Shown here piece by piece: positions 26,508 through 38,324 of a stretch of DNA of 64,000 bases. Below the pieces are notes generated by a model, which made no database searches, had not been told where the DNA came from, and saw only the letters and a program-made list of their open reading frames with translations. Source of the stretch: Mobula hypostoma (lineage: Eukaryota); NCBI RefSeq assembly GCF_963921235.1, contig NC_086107.1, positions 114,330,001-114,394,000 of the forward strand. The letters are read 5' to 3'. Position numbers and translations under genes: made by a program. Numbering within the stretch: position 1 is the first letter of the stretch; each line of letters opens with the position of its first letter.

Positions 26508-27034
26508 TACTCTTTTCCATAGATGCTGTCTGGTCTGCTGGGTTCCTCCGGCATTTTGTGTGTGTTGCTTGGAATTCCAGCACCTGCAGATTTTCTCTTG
26601 TTTGTCAAGTTTATTGCCACTTGCTCAAGTTGCAGAGTAGGCAGAGCAAATTACTACTAGTTAAAATAAAGCAATTAAATATTCATCATCATCATCATTA
26701 TGTGCCATATCATATGGGATGGGTGATCAAGGTCTTTCTATGACCGTGATTGTTCTTGGAAAATTTTTCTACAGGAGGGGTTTGCCATTGTTTTCTTCTG
26801 GGCAGTGTCTTTACAAGATGGGTGACCCCAGCCATTATCAGGGATTGTCTGCTGGTCAGTGGTCACCAGGACTTGTGATATGCACCAGCTGCCCCCATGG
26901 TTTCACGAGGACTGAGAACTGGTGTGTGTTCCCTCGACTTCCCCCTCCTGAACTCCACAATCAGTCCCTCGGTCTTGAGGATGTTGGGCATGGCGTTGCT
27001 GTGGTGACACCACCCGACCAGCCGATCAACTGGA

Positions 27035-27357
27035 ATAGGGGAGATGGAGAGCACGAGGGAGGGAGGGAGGGAGAGATGGGGAGAGAAGAAGGCAGGGAGA
27101 AGGGAGAGAAAGAGAGAGAGAGAGCAGGAAGGGGGATGGAGGGAGAAGGAGAGGGATGGAGGAGGGAAGGAGAAAAGGAGAGAGAATGAGAGAGCGTGAG
27201 ATGAAGGGAGAGGGCTGAGGGAGTGGGAGAACAAAAGGGGGAAAGGAAGGGAGAGGGAGAAAGTGTGGATGGAGAGAGAATGGAAAGGGGGCGAGGGAGA
27301 GTTGAGGGGAAAGGGGGAGAGGAATGAAGGGGAGGAAGGAGGAGGAGGAGGAGGGAG
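27035..27357. repeat. Polypurine tract
   Basis: G/A-only low complexity. Confidence 0.9.
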
Positions 27358-27431
27358 GTTGTATCACATCCCTGTGTTCGGTCAAGGAGAGAGACTCTTT
27401 CCCGAGGCTCCACTCTGTAAGCGGACCCCCG

Positions 27432-28210
27432 CAGTGGGCCTGTACTCACTGGAATTCAGAAGAATGAAGGGTACGGTATCTCACTGAAACCTATCAAACA
27501 TTGAAAGGCGTCGATAGAGTGGATGTGGAGAGGATGTTTCCCATGGTGGGAGAGTCTGAGACCAGAGGACACAGCCTCAGAATACATGGATATACATTTA
27601 AAACAGACATAAGGAGGAATTTCTTTTACCACAGAGTGGTAAATCTGTGGAATTCTTTGCCACAGTGGCTGTGGAGGCCGTCATTATGTACAAACGTATA
27701 TTTAAGGCAGAGGTTGATAAATTATTGATTAGTCAGGGCATGAAGGGATACGGGGAGAAGGCAGGAGATTGGGGCTGAGAGGGAAATGGATCAGCCATGA
27801 TGAAGTGGTGGAGTACACTCGATGGGCCGAATGGCCTAATTCTGCTCCTATATCTTGTGATCTTAATATAAAAGCAAGAAGGCAAGAATGTAATGCTGAG
27901 GCTTTGCAAAGTATTGGTTAGACCACCCTTGGTGAGCAGTTTCAAGCCCCATATCTAAGGAAGGACGTATTGGCATTGGAGAAAGTCAAGAGGAAGTTTA
28001 CGAGAATTGTCCTTGGAATGAAAGGGTTGACATATGAGGAGTGTTTGATGGCTCTGGGCCTGTACTCACGAGTTTAGAGGAATTGGGAAGTTGGGGGGTT
28101 GAAGGATCTCACTGAAACCTACCAAATGTTAAGAGTATCAACAGTTACAGGAAGAAGGCAGCAATATGGGGTTGAAAGAGAAAATAAATCATCCACGATC
28201 GAATGGTGGT
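27432..28210 (+). mobile_element. Two decayed CR1 3' fragments
   Basis: GLYSLEFRRM...RMFPMVGES...FFYHRVVNLWNSLP and CR1 3' UTR. Confidence 0.75.
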
Positions 28211-28717
28211 GTAGTGACTACACAAACAATCTAACATCACTTACAGACTGTGGGCGGGGGATCTGATCTGTATGATGCACTTTGCAATCCAATAACAAGG
28301 TTCCAAAGTCGAAGAATACATTTGAACATTTATGGAGGAACTAGCAAAGCTAACAATCTTGAAGCAATAAAAACTAACTGAAACTAAAGCTAGTGATATA
28401 AAAAATATATACTTAGCAAAACGAATGTACTTAAGCTTTCTTCAAGGTAATTAAGACCAGGAGATATAGGAGCAGAATTAGGCCATTTGGCCCATCGAGT
28501 CTGCTCTGCCATTTTGTCATCCATTTCCCTCTCAGCCCCAATCTCCTGCCTTCTCTCCATGTCCCTTCATTCCCAGACTAATCAAGAATCTGTCATCTTC
28601 TGCTTTAAATATACCCGATGATTTGCTTGTGGCAACAGATCAAGTGAAGTTAAGCAGTCAACAAATAAGATACCACCTGGCTCTCTCTCTAGCTCGAGGC
28701 TGACTCTAAAGACAAAG

Positions 28718-30680
28718 CATAGAAAACATAGAAACATAGAAAATAGGTGCAGGAGTAGGCCATTCGGCCCTTCGAGCCTGCATCGCCATTTATTATGATC
28801 ATGGCTGATCATCCAACTCAGAACCCCGCCCCAGCCTTCCCTCCATACCCCCTGACCCCGGTAGCCACAAGGGCCATATCTAACTCCCTCTTAAATATAG
28901 CCAATGAACTGGCCTCAACAGTTTCCTGTGGCAGAGAATTCCACAGATTCACCACTCTCTGTGTGAAGAAGTTTTTCCTAATCTCGGTCCTAAAAGGCTT
29001 CCCCTCTATCCTCAAACTGTGGCCCCTCGTTCTGGACTTCCCCAACATCGGGAACAATCTTCCCGCATCTAGCCTGTCCAATCCCTTTAGGATCTTATAC
29101 GTTTCAATCAGATCCCCCCTCAATCTTCTAAATTCCAACGAGTACAAGCCCAGTTCATCCAGTCTTTCTTCATATGAAAGTCCTGCCATCCCAGGAATCA
29201 ATCTGGTGAACCTTCTTTGTACTCCCTCTATGGCAAGGATGTCTTTCCTCAGATTAGGGGACCAAAACTGCACACAATACTCCAGGTGTGGTCTCACCAA
29301 GGCCTTGTACAACTGCAGTAGTACCTCCCTGCTCCTGTACTCGAATCCTCTCGCTATAAATGCCAGCATACCATTCGCCTTTTTCACCGCCTGCTGTACC
29401 TGCATGCCCACTTTCAATGACTGGTGTATAATGACACCCAGGTCTCGTTGCACCTCCCCTTTTCCTAATCGGCCACCATTCAGATAATAATCTGTTTTCC
29501 TATTTTTGCCACCAAAGTGAATAACTTCATATTTATCCACATTAAATTGCATCTGCCATGAATTTGCCCACTCACCCAACCTATCCAAGTCACCCTGCAT
29601 CCTCTTAGCATCCTCCTCACAGCTAACACTGCCACCCAGCTTCGTGTCATCCACAGACTTGGAGATGCTGCATTTAATTCCCTCATCCAGTCATTAATAT
29701 ACATTGTAAACAACTGGGGTCCCAGCACTGAGCCTTGCAGTACCCCACTAGTCACCGCCTGCCATTCTGAAAAGGTCCCGTTTATTCCCACTCTTTGCTT
29801 CCTGTCTGCTAACCAATTCTCCACCCACACCAATACCTTACCCCCAATACCGTGTGCTTTAAGTTTGCACACTAATCTCCTGTGTGGGACCTTGTCAAAA
29901 GCCTTTTGAAAATCCAAATATACCATATCCACTGGTTCTCCCCTATCCACTCTACTAGTTACATCCTCAAAAAATTCTATGAGATTCGTCAGACATGATT
30001 TTCCTTTTACAAATCCATGCTGACTTTGTCCGATCATTTCACCGCTTTCCAAATGTGCTGTTATCACATCCTTGATAACTGACTCCAGCAGTTTCCCCAC
30101 CACTGACGTTAGGCTAACCGGCCTATAATTCCCCAGTTTCTCTCTCCCTCCTTTTTTAAAAAGTGGAGTTACATTAGCCACCCTCCAATCCTCAGGAACT
30201 AGTCCAGAATCTAACGAGTTTTGAAAAATTATCACTAATGCATCCACTATTTCTTGGGCTACTTCCTTAAGCACGCTAGGATGCAGACCATCTGGCCCTG
30301 GGGATTTATCTGCCTTCAATCCCTTCAATTTACCTAACACCACTTCCCTACTAACATGTATTTCGCTCAGTTCCTCCATCTCACTGGACCCTCTGTCCCC
30401 TACTATTTCTGGAAGATTATTTATGTCCTCCTTAGTGAAGACAGAACCAAAGTAATTATTCAATTGGTCTGCCATGTCCTTGCTCCCCATGTCCTTGCTC
30501 CCCATAATCAATTCACCTGTTTCTGTCTGCAGGGGACCTACATTTGTCTTTACCAGTCTTTTCCTTTTTACATATCTATAAAAGCTTTTACAGTCCGTTT
30601 TTATGTTCCCTGCCAGTTTTCTCTCATAATCTTTTTTCCCCTTCCTAATTAAGCCCTTTGTCCTCCTCTGCTGAACTCTG
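28718..30680 (-). mobile_element. Young 5'-truncated CR1 LINE (RT; one frameshift near 29690)
   Basis: ORFs 29480..30769 and 28818..29654 nearly identical to the 31821..34847 protein; (CATAGAAA)n tail. Confidence 0.95.
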
Positions 30681-31069
30681 CATGAATACATAACTAAATT
30701 CTTTGCTTCTGCCACACCCCAACCCACATGACTAACCACACGTAATAAACGCACAGCAAAATAATACAATAAAATGCAAATAGAAAATTAAATATATGGC
30801 TGCTACAAGCGGAGCAGACTCGATGAGCCAAGTGCTGCTATGTCTAATGGTTTTATGCTTGTCCTCAACACCTCTGCTCCACTCTCTACACAATCATGAT
30901 TGAGTGGCCAAATTCTGCTCTAACTGCATCTCCTGCATTAGCCAATAATGCCACCGTAGAGAGCCAGCCAGTGGTGTAGTGGTATCAGCACTGGACTTCG
31001 ATGGTCCCAAGTTCAAATCCAGCTGGATCCCAAGGGCAGCAGCAGTATCTGCAGGGAAGGAAGGCCTGG

Positions 31070-31500
31070 CAGTCTACGAGGCTCAGGTCAGGAGTCTAAT
31101 GGAATTCTTGCAACTCGCCTGGAGGAGTGCAGCTCCATCAACACTCAAGAAGCTGGACACCATCCAGTACAAGGCAGCCCATGATTGGTACCCCTTCCAC
31201 AAGCATCCAATCCCTCCACCATCGACGAACAGTTGCAGCAGTGTGTACTATCTATGAGATGCACCGCAACAACACGCCAAAGTTCCTAAGGAAGCACCTT
31301 CCAGACCCACGACCACTACCATCTAGAAGGACAAGAACAGCAGATACCTGGGCACGCCACTATTTGGAAATCTCCTTCCAAGTCACTCACCATCCTGCTG
31401 GGAATCAATTCCCTCCCTGTGGGTGTACAGTGGCTCAGGAAGGCATCTCACACCACCTTAGCTTAGCTGGGGGCGCCCACATCCCGTAAATGAATAAATT
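31070..31500 (+). mobile_element. Old L2/CR1-group LINE 3' fragment, preceded by a tRNA-derived SINE head (about 30963-31040)
   Basis: YEAQVRSLMEF..LAWRSAAPSTLKKLDTIQ; tail gcccacatccc..aatgaataaa; A/B box-like gtggtgtagtgg...gttcaaatcc. Confidence 0.55.
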
Positions 31501-31726
31501 TTTTAAAAATCTACTTCCGTATCTTGGCACTGAAACTCTATGGACAACTCGATGGCACTCAAGAACAACAGTGGGCCATATCTCAAACATCGATTAGTTA
31601 GAGTACAGGAGAGAGACAGAGAGCCGAGTGACGTGGTGTCAAGATGATAGATATGAAAATACTGAAGGCGTTTTACTCTACAGAGGTGAATAAATGGTTT
31701 ACATTCCTTGTCGAGTTTCTGTTATT

Positions 31727-34700
31727 AAACATAGAAACATAGAAAATAGGTGCAGGAGTAGGCCATTCGGCCCTTCGAGCCTGCACCGCCATTTATTATG
31801 GTCATGGCTGATCATCCAACTCAGAACCCAGCCTTCCCTCCATACCCCCTGACCCCTGTAGCCACAAGGGCCATATCAAACTCCCTCTTAAACATAGCCA
31901 ATGAACTGGCCTCAACAGTTTGCTGTGGCAGAGAATTCCACAGATTCACCACTCTCTGTGTGAAGAAGTTTTTCCTAATCTCGGTCCTAAAAGGCTTCCC
32001 CTCTATCCTCAAACTGTGACCCCTCGTTCTGGACCTCCCCAACATCGGGAACAATCTTCCCGCATCTAGCCTGTCCAATCCCTTTAGGATCTTATACGTT
32101 TCAATCAGATCCCCCCTCAATCTTCTAAATTCCAACGAGTACAAGCCCAGTTCATTCAGTCTTTCTTCATATGAAAGACCTGCCATCCCAGGAATCAATC
32201 TGGTGAACCTTCTTTGTACTCCCTCTATGGCAAAGATGTCTTTCTTCAGATTAGGGGACCAAAACTGCACACAATACTCCAGGTGTGGTCTCACCAAGGC
32301 CTTGTACAACTGCAGTAGTACCTCCCTGCTCCTGTACTCGAATCCTCTCGCTATAAATGCCAGCATACCGTTCGCCTTTTTCACCGCCTGCTGTACCTGC
32401 ATGCCCACTTTCAATGACTGGTGTATAATGACACCCAGCTCTCGTTGCACCTCCCCTTTTCCTAATCGGCCACCATTCAGATAATAATCTGCTTTCCTAT
32501 TTTTGCCACCAAAGTGGATAACTTCACATTTATCCACATTAAATTGCATCTGCCATGAGTTTGCCCACTCACCCAACCTATCCAAGTCACCCTGCATCCT
32601 CTTAGCATCCTCCTCACTGCTAACACTGCCACCCAGCTTCGTGTCATCCGCAAACTTGGAGATGCTGCATTTAATTCCCTCATCCAAGTCATTAATATAT
32701 ATTGTAAACAACTGGGGTCCCAGCACTGAGCCTTGCGGTACCCCACTAGTTACCGCCTGCCATTCTGAAAAGGTCCCGTTTATTCCCACTCTTTGCTTCC
32801 TGTCTGCTAACCAATTCTCCACCCACACCAATACCTTACCCCCAATACCGTGTGCTTTAAGTTTGCACACTAATCTCCTGTGTGGGACCTTGTCAAAAGC
32901 CTTTTGAAAATCCAAATATATCACATCCACTGGTTCTCCCCTATCCACTCTACTAGTTACATCCTCAAAAAATTCTATGAGATTCGTCAGACATGATTTT
33001 CCTTTCACAAATCCATGCTGACTTTGTCCGATGATTTCACCGCTTTCCAAATGTGCTGTTATCACATCCTTGATAACTGACTCCAGCAGTTTCCCCACCT
33101 CCGACGTTAGGCTAACTGGCCTATAATTCCCCGGTTTCTCTCTCCCTCCTTTTTTAAAAAGTGGGGTTACATTAGCCAGCCTCCAATCCTCAGGAACTAG
33201 TCCAGAATCTAACGAGTTTTGAAAAATTATCACTAATGCATCCACTATTTCTTGGGCTACTTCCTTAAGCACTCTAGGATGCAGACCATCTGGCCCTGGG
33301 GATTTATCTGCCTTCAATCCCTTCAATTTACCTAACACCACTTCCCTACTAACATGTATTTCACTCAGTTCCTCCATCTCACTGGACCCTCTGTCCCTTA
33401 CTATTTCTGGAAGATTATTTATGTCCTCCTTAGTGAAGACAGAACCAAAGTAATTATTCAATTGGTCTGCCATGTCCTTGCTCCCCATAACCAATTCACC
33501 TGTTTCTGTCTGCAGGGGACCTACATTTGTCTTTACCAGTCTTTTCCTTTTTACATATCTATAAAAGCTTTTACAGTCCGTTTTTATGTTCTCTGCCAGT
33601 TTTCTCTCATAATCTTTTTTCCCCTTCCTAATTAAGCCCTTTGTCCTCCTCTGCTGAACTCTGAATTTCTCCCAGTCCTCAGGTGAGCCACTTTCTCTGG
33701 CTAATTTGTATGCTACTTCTTTGGAATTGATACTATCCCTAATTTCTCTTGTCAGCCACGGGTGCACTACCTTCCTTGATTTATTCTTTTGCCAAACTGG
33801 GATGAACAATTGTTGCAGTTCATCCATGCAACCTTTAAATGCTTGCCATTGCATATCCACCGTCAATCCTTTAAGTGTCATTTGCCAGTCTATCTTAGCT
33901 AATTCACGTCTCATACCTTCAAAGTTACCCCTCTTTAAGTTCAGAACCTTTGTTTCTGAATTAACTACGTCACTCTCCATGTTAATGAAGAATTCCACCA
34001 TATTATGGTCACTCTTACCCAAGGGGCCTCTCACGACAAGATCACTAATTAACCCTTCCTCATTGCTCAAAACCCAGTCCAGAATAGCCTGCTCTCTAGT
34101 TGGTTCCTCGACATGTTGGTTCAAAAAACCATCCCGCATACATTCCAAGAAATCCTCTTCCTCAGCACCTTTACCAATTTGGTTCACCCAGTCTACATGT
34201 AGATTGAAGTCACCCATTATAACTGCTGTTCCTTTATTGCACACATTTCTAATTTCCTGTTTAATACCATCTCCGACCTCACTACTACTGTTAGGTGGCC
34301 TGTACACAACTCCCACCAGCGTCTTCTGCCCCTTAGTGTTACGCAGCTCTACCCATATCGATTCCACATCTTCCCGGCTTATGTCTTTCCTTTCTATTGC
34401 GTTAATCTCTTTTTTAACCAGCAACGCCACCCCACCTCCCCTTCCTTCATGTCTATCCCTCCTGAATATTGAATATCCCTGAACGTTGAGCTCCCATCCC
34501 TGGTCACCCTGGAGCCATGTCTCTGTGATCCCAACTATATCATAATCATTAATAACAATCTGCACTTTCAATTCATCCACCTTATTACGAATGCTCCTTG
34601 CATTGACACATAAAGCCTTCAGGCGCTCTTTTACAACTCTCTTAGCCCTTGTACAATTATGTTGAAAAGTGGCCCTTTTTAATGCTTGCCCTGGATTTGT

Positions 34701-34880
34701 CGGCCTGCCACTTTTACTTTTCTCCTTTGTACTTTTTGCTTCTATGCTCACTTTACACCCCTCTGTCTCTCTGCACTGGTTCCCTTCCCTCTGTTGTGAA
34801 CTAACCTCCTCACGCCTAGCCTCTTTAATTTGATTCCCACCCCCCAACCATTCTAATTTAAAGTCACCTCAGTAGCCCTA
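31727..34880 (-). mobile_element. Young CR1 LINE with intact ORF2 and the last codons of ORF1
   Basis: Uninterrupted 1008-codon ORF; (CATAGAAA)n tail at 31727; 5' truncation just upstream of the ORF1 stop. Confidence 0.97.
31821..34847 (-). CDS. CR1 ORF2: apurinic-like endonuclease plus reverse transcriptase
   Basis: APE motifs NARS, ITETWL, VYRPP, GDFN, SDH; RT motifs YRPVSL, QHGF, DFQKAFD, GVPQGSVLGP, FADD; the listed start codon is TTG, not ATG. Confidence 0.95.
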   Translation of the reverse strand: MGGGNQIKEARREEVSSQQREGNQCRETEGCKVSIEAKSTKEKSKSGRPTNPGQALKRATFQHNCTRAKRVVKERLKALCVNARSIRNKVDELKVQIVINDYDIVGITETWLQGDQGWELNVQGYSIFRRDRHEGRGGGVALLVKKEINAIERKDISREDVESIWVELRNTKGQKTLVGVVYRPPNSSSEVGDGIKQEIRNVCNKGTAVIMGDFNLHVDWVNQIGKGAEEEDFLECMRDGFLNQHVEEPTREQAILDWVLSNEEGLISDLVVRGPLGKSDHNMVEFFINMESDVVNSETKVLNLKRGNFEGMRRELAKIDWQMTLKGLTVDMQWQAFKGCMDELQQLFIPVWQKNKSRKVVHPWLTREIRDSINSKEVAYKLARESGSPEDWEKFRVQQRRTKGLIRKGKKDYERKLAENIKTDCKSFYRYVKRKRLVKTNVGPLQTETGELVMGSKDMADQLNNYFGSVFTKEDINNLPEIVRDRGSSEMEELSEIHVSREVVLGKLKGLKADKSPGPDGLHPRVLKEVAQEIVDALVIIFQNSLDSGLVPEDWRLANVTPLFKKGGREKPGNYRPVSLTSEVGKLLESVIKDVITAHLESGEIIGQSQHGFVKGKSCLTNLIEFFEDVTSRVDRGEPVDVIYLDFQKAFDKVPHRRLVCKLKAHGIGGKVLVWVENWLADRKQRVGINGTFSEWQAVTSGVPQGSVLGPQLFTIYINDLDEGIKCSISKFADDTKLGGSVSSEEDAKRMQGDLDRLGEWANSWQMQFNVDKCEVIHFGGKNRKADYYLNGGRLGKGEVQRELGVIIHQSLKVGMQVQQAVKKANGMLAFIARGFEYRSREVLLQLYKALVRPHLEYCVQFWSPNLKKDIFAIEGVQRRFTRLIPGMAGLSYEERLNELGLYSLEFRRLRGDLIETYKILKGLDRLDAGRLFPMLGRSRTRGHSLRIEGKPFRTEIRKNFFTQRVVNLWNSLPQQTVEASSLAMFKREFDMALVATGVRGYGGKAGF

Positions 34881-36340
34881 GTATTCCTCTCCATAGATGT
34901 AGCGTGACCTGCTGAGTTCCTCCAGCATTTCGTGTGTGTTGCCTCAGGTTTCCAGTGCCAGTGGAATCTCCCGTGTTTAACGAGTCATGACAACAACCTC
35001 AAGGTGCAAACATAAAAAACCAAGTCACTACCTTTCGGAAGCAGGGCAGTGCGCAGACTCGTGCGTAGATCGACAGTGCTGACATTGAGAGAGTGGAGAA
35101 CTTTGGGCAACTTTGACCTTTCAGGAGTGAACAATCCCAACAGCCTTCCCTGGTCGGACCTTGTAGATACCACCAGCTGCTCTACTTCCTCAGGAAGCTG
35201 AAGAAACTTGGCAATGTCTACATTGACGCTCGCTGATTGTTATCAACACACCATAGAAAACATCACGACTTGGTACAGCAACCGCTCTGCTCCTGACCGC
35301 AAGAAACCGCAGGGAGTTGTGGACACAGTTCAGCACATCATGGAAACCAGCCTCCCGTCCATGGACTCACCTCCTTCACACCTCACTGCCTCGGTAAAGC
35401 AGTAGAGACTTCAGAAAGGGTTAGAGAAGGGGAACGCACACCAGTCCTTGTAGAGGGATCAGAAGTGGAGAGAGGAAGCAATTTCAAGTTCCTGGGTGTC
35501 AAGATCTCTGAGGATCTAACCTGCTCCCGACATATCAATGCAGCTACAAAGGAGGCAAAACAGCGGGTATGTTTCATTACGAGTTTGAGGAGATTTGGTC
35601 TGTCACCAAAGACACTCGCAAGTTTCTACAGATGTACCGTGGAGAGCATTCTCACTGGCTGCATCACCCTCTGAGGGTCAGGGAGAGTTACTGCACAGGA
35701 TCAAAATAAGCTGCATAGTTGTAAGCTCAGTCAGCTCCATCACAGGCACTGGCCTCCCCAGCATCCAGCTCATCTTCGAGGAGCGATGCCTGCAAAAGCG
35801 GCGTCCGTCATTAAGGCGCCCCCCCCCCCCATCACGCAGATCATGCCCTGTTCTCATAGTAACCATCAGGAAGGTATAGAAGCCTGAAGCCACACACTCA
35901 ATGATTCAGGGACAGCTTCTTCCCCTCTGTCATCTGATTTCTGAATGGACATTGAACCCAGAAACACCAACTCACTACTTTGTTATTTATGAGACTATTA
36001 AACAATTGAGTATCTAAAGGAAATGCTCCTTGAGTTTTGTTTGTACTTCAGCCCCATGTCTGTGATATATAGTCACCCAGTGTAGAGGAGGGGTGGGCGG
36101 GTTGCTCGGGGGATCTGCTGGTGGGCTTGCTCCTGGGCCTGGCCAAGGTGGCCTTTCACAGGTCCGGGCGGCGGACAGTCGAGCTGGCTGCCTGCCCCAC
36201 TTCCAGAGTTACGTTCATACCCGTGTCCTTACAGAGGGAGCATGCGGTCACTGTGGGCACAGTCCGAGAGTTCTGAGAATGGTGGACCCCTGCCCCCGAG
36301 AACTCAGTGTTTGTAGTTGATGGTGTTTTAATTTGAAAGT

Positions 36341-36760
36341 GTAACTTACTTACATACGCCGCTGGTGTTTCAGGCAGCAATGAAGGTCCTCCATCTCTGG
36401 TGGTGTTCAGGGCTTCCTACATCGTGTCAGTAGCTTCCTCTCAGTTTTCACTACTGTCAGTCATGCACGTCCCATGTGGAAACGCGGGATACCACCGCAC
36501 TCAGATGCAGGAGGATTCTTCATTGATGTTTCCATAACAGTTTTGTTTGACTGGTCAGGGTTGTTAGCCCTGAGCTGACCCCCCGAACCTGGTGGACCAA
36601 TAGACCACTCTTAGCCTGTCCTCTACCCTTTGACCTGTTTAACATTGGTGACCCCACCAAGAGCCAAAGCGTAAAGCCCTGACTCCAGCCAACATCGCTC
36701 TCCGGGTCATCGAGGCACGCGAGCCTCCAAACCCTGCGACATGCTTGTGGTCCTCGTGGA
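36341..36760 (-). mobile_element. Bipartite RTE-derived non-autonomous element; second copy on + strand at about 40070-40317 plus 41907-41945
   Basis: Expander/RTE-like 5' motif ggtagggtc.cccatgcc.aacaggtc...ccagactaagag; 3' end encoding RWRTFIAA; (TAAG)n tail; the two copies align. Confidence 0.65.
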
Positions 36761-37059
36761 GGGTGAAATTGTAAACATTGGTGTAAATCCCTGATCGTGT
36801 GTATTTTGTGAGTGGATAAACTTTTGTAGTTTTGTAAAAAAAAAGACGAGTAAACATTACCCAAGTCTGATAAAGTAGACTCTTGAGCTCACAATTTACT
36901 TCATTGTGGCCCTTACAATTTATCATCTTCCTGTCGCGCACTTCCCCTGTTTCTGTAATACTCTGTTCTGCTTTCCGCTATTGTGCTTACCTTGTACAGC
37001 TCAATGCACAGAACCGATGGAACGATCTGTACCGGGACTGTAGCGCGTCTATTTACCTG

Positions 37060-37530
37060 AGCAACACACACAGAACTCAGCAGGTCAGGCAGCATCTACG
37101 GAAAGGAATAAACAGTCGACAATTCAGGCCGAGGCCCTTCTTCAGGGTGAGGGGGAAATAGGCTGGCTGGAAGGTGATAGGAGAAGCCAGGTGGGTGGGA
37201 AAGATCAACGGCTGGGGAGGAAGGAATCTGAGAGGAGAGGAGAGTGGGCGACGGGAGACAGGGAAGGAGGAGGTTATAGGCAGGTGAGAAGAAGTGAAAG
37301 GTCATAGTGGGCAGTAAAGGAAGGGTTGGGGGAAGGAGTTTGTTCATGAAAAGGAGAAATTGGTGTTCGTGCCATCGTGTTGAAGACTACCCAGACAGAA
37401 TATAAGTGGCCTCATCGTGGCACAAGAGGAGGACATGGATCGACACGTCAGAATGGAAATGGGAATTGGAATTAAAATATTTGGCCACTGGGAAGGCCCG
37501 CTCATGGCGGATGGTGCGGAGGTGCTTAAG
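37060..37530 (-). mobile_element. Penelope-like 3' terminal fragment
   Basis: RFLKHLRTI...PVAKYFNS..HFHSDVSIHVLLLCHDEAT, plus the same terminal sequence seen at 25540-25860. Confidence 0.75.
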
Positions 37531-37629
37531 GAAGCGGTCCCTGCCTTTTAAATGTTGATTATGACTTGCTTCAACCACTTCCCCTGGCAGCTCATCACAT
37601 ATACTCGCCACCGAGTGTGTAAATATACC

Positions 37630-37915
37630 GGGGTGGCACGGTGGCGCAGCGGTTACCACAAGGCCTTTTAGTACCAGCGACCTGGGTTCAGTTCCCAGCG
37701 GGGCCTGTAAGGAGTTTGTATGTTCTGTACAGGACCACGTGGGTTTCCTCCAGGTGCTCTGGTTTCCTCCCACAGTCCAAAGACGTACCAGTACTGGTTA
37801 GTTGTAATTGATCATTGTAAGTTGTTCCGTGATTAGGGCAGGGTTAAATCGAGGGATTGCTGGGCGATGTGGCTTGATTGGCCTGACAGGCCCACTCCAC
37901 ACTGTATCTCAATCA
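37630..37915 (+). mobile_element. V-SINE (HE1-like)
   Basis: ggtggcacggtggcgcagcgg A box, gggttcagttcc B box, V-domain gtgggtttcctccaggtgctctggtttcctcccacagtccaaagac. Confidence 0.85.
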
Positions 37916-38324
37916 AACACTAAACAGATAGACAGATAGATAGATAAAAAGTAGCCCCTCTTTCACCTTAAACACAGGGCCCTCTTGATTCCCCAACCCC
38001 TGGGAAAAAGTCTGTGCATAGACACACAGTGTACAAGCTGCTCATGGTTCTATACACCTCGATAAGATCAACCTGCTCTCGTCTTGTAAAGTACTGTGCT
38101 CCAGCATAAACTGATTAGCTTTATTAGTCACACGTACATCAAAGCATGCAGCTAAAAGACAATGTCTGCATTAATGACCAACACACAGACCAAAGTTCAA
38201 GGTACATCTATTATCAAAGTATTGTATAAATTACACAGCCCTGAGATTTGCCTGCTTACAGGAAGGCATGAAACAAGAAACCCAAAAGAACCCAACTTGA
38301 ATAAAAGACCAACACCCAATGCGC

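Noticed and set aside
33706..34482. 258-aa ORF antisense to CR1 ORF2, also present in other copies
   Set aside because: Shadow ORF; its recurrence only reflects the near-identity of young copies
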